64,000 nucleotides of DNA from Zygnema circumcarinatum SAG 698-1b. Taxonomy: Eukaryota > Plantae > Zygnematophyceae. Shown here piece by piece: positions 60,248 through 64,000 of this stretch. Below the pieces are notes generated by a model. The model worked only from the letters and a program-made list of their open reading frames with translations, did not search any database and was not told the origin of the DNA. Position 1 is the first letter of the stretch. Each line of letters begins with the position of its first letter. The DNA lies in the NCBI GenBank assembly GCA_037447605.1, contig CM074813.1, positions 2,294,001 to 2,358,000 of the forward strand, given 5' to 3'. Made by a program: the position numbers and the translations under genes.

Positions 60248-62105
60248 TTAGAAGTTGCTGGGACTGTCGGACAACTGTGCAGCATCTTCGATGTCCACCT
60301 CCAAAATCTCCTGCAGATGTGACATTTTGATAAGGATCAACAATCTACAAGGGCAAAACCAGATACAGGCACCTTCTATAATCTTCAAAATCGCTTGGCA
60401 TTAAGGCAATGATACGACACAAGGAAAAAGACATCAAATTTTCCACCTCACTAATTCCCAAAGCAATAAAGCATGGACATGTGATGGTAACCAAAGACAT
60501 GCACTGAGTGCATTTGAAGCAGACAGTGCAGCTTTCCTTTTGAAAGTCAAGGACCTCATATTGGCACTCACAGGAATTCGTTTTTGTAAGTAATTGGCAA
60601 GGCGAGCCAACACCATGGAACGCTCATGCCAAAAACGGCCCCTTAACCGCAGCTTCACAAACGGCCCATCCAAATCTGCTAACTCAGCAACACCTGCAGG
60701 TGCAAAAGGATACTCTTCGATTGAGGTTTGGAAGGGCAGAACAGGGCACTGAAACACAACGAAAGCTCATAGAACGTAGGAACCCTTTCCATGTTAAATT
60801 GCAAGGGGCGAATACTTTCAGCGCTCTCTTCACAGACAAGGGAGCAACAATCAGTTAGGAAACTTCTCAGTGTGCAAGTTATTATTTTTGACTACATATG
60901 ATCGAGCCTTAACAGCTCTTGGCACATGCTGGCAGTTAACATACTTTCAAGACAGTCTACTTCCCTTCGAAACCAGAAAGTTGTAATAGGGTAAGCGACT
61001 CGGATAGAGCAGTAGGTCCTCCGTTAGTTGTTCAAAGGAAAGTGATACATCAGAAACCGTGATTTTCTTCCACATGGGGCACTCATATATCATCTGACCG
61101 AATGGCTGACGATGGAAAATGGTGAATAACAAATAACCCCTTCAAGCCAGTCTTGACACTGACCAATTGGCCTTTACTTTTTGGAGGACATAGGCATCAC
61201 AATGACTTAGCATTTTTTGCACGAGGTCGTTACTAGTTTGTCCTTGCACATTCACCAAGAAAAAGTCACTAATAAAATACGCAGAGCAGTAATTAGACAA
61301 TTTCATTTGGTAGTATACAATACTACGATTTGGAATTGTTCAAACAAAAACCTTGTCGATAACCTAAACTGTTTTGAAACTGATAGCCTCATTTGACATG
61401 GTTCTAGGACATGGCAAAAACAAGCATAGACGAACAAGCTGCATTGTACACTATATGCATTAAAAAGAGCACAGCGAAGACGACCAGAAACGAAAGAGAA
61501 ATAAACTGTGGAAGCACGTGAAAGAATCAAGAACATCCCTAGTCATTCTTTTAAAAGGTGGCAGCAGTACCTGCGCACCAGTAATGCCCACAGTCTCGTC
61601 AAAAAGTTGAAGTAGCTGCAACAGAAAGATAGTAATTAAAGCAAGTGAGACATGGATTTTTCAGAAAAGGCCATACCGTGGCTGACTCATCCAGTCCTCG
61701 CTTCCCATTCAAATGAAGGACAGACATTCATACGTGAAAGTAAAATGGACATACATGAGCGACATAAAGCATGGCCCCTGCATATTCATTGCTCACCTCA
61801 GTGCGAGCATCCTCCAGGACCAGTTCAATGTTCTCTTCAGTGAGATCCAGGGGCTCTTCAAAGGACACACTTTCTGCAGAGACGAACAGTGGTTTTCTCT
61901 CCTTCGAAGGTAGTGTACTAGAAACGCCCTTTAAACGGAATACACGACTGGGAACCAATCTACTTCCGCTGGATGAGAGACATCCCCTGAAGATGACTTC
62001 CGGAGCAGCAATTTGCGGCCCTTTAGAAGAAAATACAGATGGCCGGCGGAGTGAAGAGCTCACTACTGCCGCCATGGGCAGGGCGAACGAGCCCGCCATG
62101 GCCAT
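60248..62105 (-). CDS. Plastid-type protein with one NifU-C-like domain lacking CxxC; exons 62105-61797, 61615-61579, 60693-60572, 60310-60248, 176 aa
   Basis: Transit-like N-terminus, then EEPLDLTEENIELVLEDARTE|LLQLFDETVGITG|VAELADLDGPFVKLRLRGRFWHERSMVLARLANYLQKRIP|EILEVDIEDAAQLSDSPSNF*. The PLxLTEENxxxVL and DGPxVxLRL motifs are those of NFU domains. All junctions are in frame. Confidence 0.85.
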
Positions 62106-62865
62106 GGCTGCTACGCCTTCCCTGTACTCCAGCCTCTGCGTCCAGAGTCCAGGCGCAGCAGCAGGGAGCTTGCGTTAGGGCTAAGCTCAGGTGCTTAGCC
62201 CTCCAATGATCCAAGTTTGACCAAAACTGAAAAGGCGTGCCTGCTGCCGTGCCCCAAGTCGAAAAGCTATTTCTCGACGCCGCATCGACCGGGTACAAAC
62301 GGGGTAAAGGCGAAGCGGATCTTGCAGCGACGTTCAGGGCGATCCAGCAGCGGGGGCGGGCGGGCGCCGAACCTCTGCCGAGCCTCCAGGCCCGGGCAGG
62401 AATTCAAACCAGTCGTTGACCGGTCAGCGCAGCGTGGCGCGCAACGGCCGGTCGGTTCCATGCGCAGTTTGTGCCGCGATCCACGCTGAGGGCGCCACGT
62501 GTGGCGGTGGCGCCAGCCTGTCGCCAGCCCAAAGGGCGGCCGGACGGCGTCGGTGTCGGCGCCTGACAGCTGTCCGCCGACGGGCGGCAGGCCGTTCCGC
62601 ACATGGAGCCGGCGTGTCAGACGGAACGGCGCGCGCATGGAACGTGCGCGGTCTCGGCCGTCACCCCTAACCTCCCCCATCGCGTAGGCCGGCGTAGGGC
62701 CGCTCAGGCAGCGCCCGCTGGCGGAGGCCGCCCCGCGTAATGGAAGTGCGGGCCCAGGAATTATGAGGGGGGCGGGGGGCCGCAGCCCTGACTGCTAGGG
62801 CGGGCTAGCTAGGGCTGGGGCTACGACTCCAACTTTGGACGGGGGCCGCCCATCAATGCAGGGCG

Positions 62866-63705
62866 CCCACCGTACATTACTCGTACGAATAACGTACGAA
62901 TGCCAGCGAGGCGGGCCCTGGCATGTGGGTCCGGGGCGGGGCAGCGCAGGTTTGACGGGGTGCAGGCCTGACACGCCTGCGGCCGTACTGCCGCACGGTG
63001 CACTACTGTACGCGACGCGCGATTCGTACGCGGGCCCATTAAGCCGGGCGGGGCGCCAGGATCGCCGTACGCTGGACCCGACGGTCCCAGCCGCGCTACG
63101 TCCCTCGCCGCCGGTTCACGCACGCAAACGATTCCGGGCCGCACGGACGCTCCGCCGGGCACTTTTTGGAGCTGCCCGGGTCAGCACTAGCGAGCTACGA
63201 AAAGGTATGGTAAAATCTTTCCAGCCAATCAGACGATGGAAACGTCAAATATATAAGCATGATTTGGACACGCTGGCAATTAGGAGCAAACTATTGGCTG
63301 ATATTCGTAAAATTCAAGCTGTTTCAAGAATCTTTTTGACTTTTTCGGTTTTGAAACGAAGTTTTATCCTGCCCGAGCCGCGACTACCCCCTATTTTCCA
63401 ACCCCCCAAAAATCGTCCTTACGAGCGGCCGTTCGTCCAGCGCGCCCGTCCGTACGGCCCGTCCCAATCACGCGTCATCCTTAGCTGCGGTCCTTTCCTG
63501 GCGGCCGTATACTTCCCACATGCGGAAGACGCATCTACGCCCGCCACATGTCCGAATTTCGTCGTTTTGCGCCCTTTCAGGATCTACAGATCGTGATCAG
63601 ATCTTAATTGTACGGCCCCTCCAATCACAGGCTGGGAGATTCGCTGGAAGAATAATGCCGTCCAGCTCACGAGCGTACGAATTCGTACAGTTCGTACGTG
63701 GAGGG
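62866..63705. repeat. Imperfect inverted triple-CGTAC motifs about 800 bp apart (possible decayed TIRs)
   Basis: 62866-62899 CCCACCGTACATTACTCGTACGAATAACGTACG against the reverse complement of 63672-63705, CCCTCCACGTACGAACTGTACGAATTCGTACGC. No TSD seen. Confidence 0.45.
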
Positions 63706-64000
63706 ATCTCGCGTGCAGCGATATTGTCGGTAGAGTCGCTTCCTGGGCGGTGGGGCCCGCGCAACGGAACGGCCCAGCCCGCACATGGAACGCCTCCCGC
63801 GCCCGGCCCCGGCACCGGCCCTGGCCCTGGCTCTGCAGCGGCGGCCTCCCTCCCTCTCCCTTCGCTCGCCCTCTCCCACTCTCAGGCTCCCGCGCCCTCC
63901 CCCGCTCCCTCTCCCTCTCTCCTACCTCACCGCGGCCGCCCTCAGCAGACGTCCTCCGATACGTTCTCGCAGGTTTTAGGTTTCGATTTTTTTTTGAGGC

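Noticed and set aside
60705-60713. GTATCCTTT (-), a U12-type donor motif
   Set aside because: It lies just upstream of an ordinary U2 acceptor, inside an intron that already has a GTGCGC donor giving the right frame.
62237-62419. ORF with EKLFLDAASTGYKRGKGEADLAATFRAIQQ, faintly like a beta-hydroxyacid dehydrogenase C-terminus
   Set aside because: It is short, closed by a stop just upstream, has no splice acceptor and lies in a promoter. The resemblance is only impressionistic; blastx would settle it.

Overview
Eukaryotic, intron-rich nuclear DNA (GT-AG introns, mostly 0.1-1.2 kb) with a green-plant gene set. A streptophyte alga is my inference; I cannot name the species. I reconstructed 12 spliced protein-coding genes or gene ends by hand: the last exon of an EBS/SHL-like BAH-PHD gene, a bZIP factor, clathrin heavy chain (about 31 exons), a ZNF706-like microprotein, a thioredoxin-like ferredoxin-TPR protein, a Mal d 1/Fra a 1-associated-protein-like gene, a TBC RabGAP, PSMD5, a triple EF-hand-pair protein, an HIL1-like C2-lipase, TVP23/ECHIDNA and a plastid NifU-C-like protein. 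One further exon is unresolved. Most entries in the ORF track are antisense or repeat artefacts. Family assignments come from remembered homologues, not database searches. No CRISPR, intact tRNA, intact rRNA gene or autonomous transposon was seen, and I found no clear new biological system. The best unexplained signals are non-coding: (1) a 60-110 bp dispersed repeat in at least 7 copies, one flanked by a 10-bp direct repeat; (2) a transposon stack at 3.8-7.1 kb, including a MITE nested in a long-TIR element; (3) three exact CCAAT-N9-CCACG (ERSE) elements; (4) a 55-bp LSU rRNA fragment inside an intron; (5) dense GTAC and G-box clusters; (6) an unexplained 1.9 kb at 25.0-26.9 kb.
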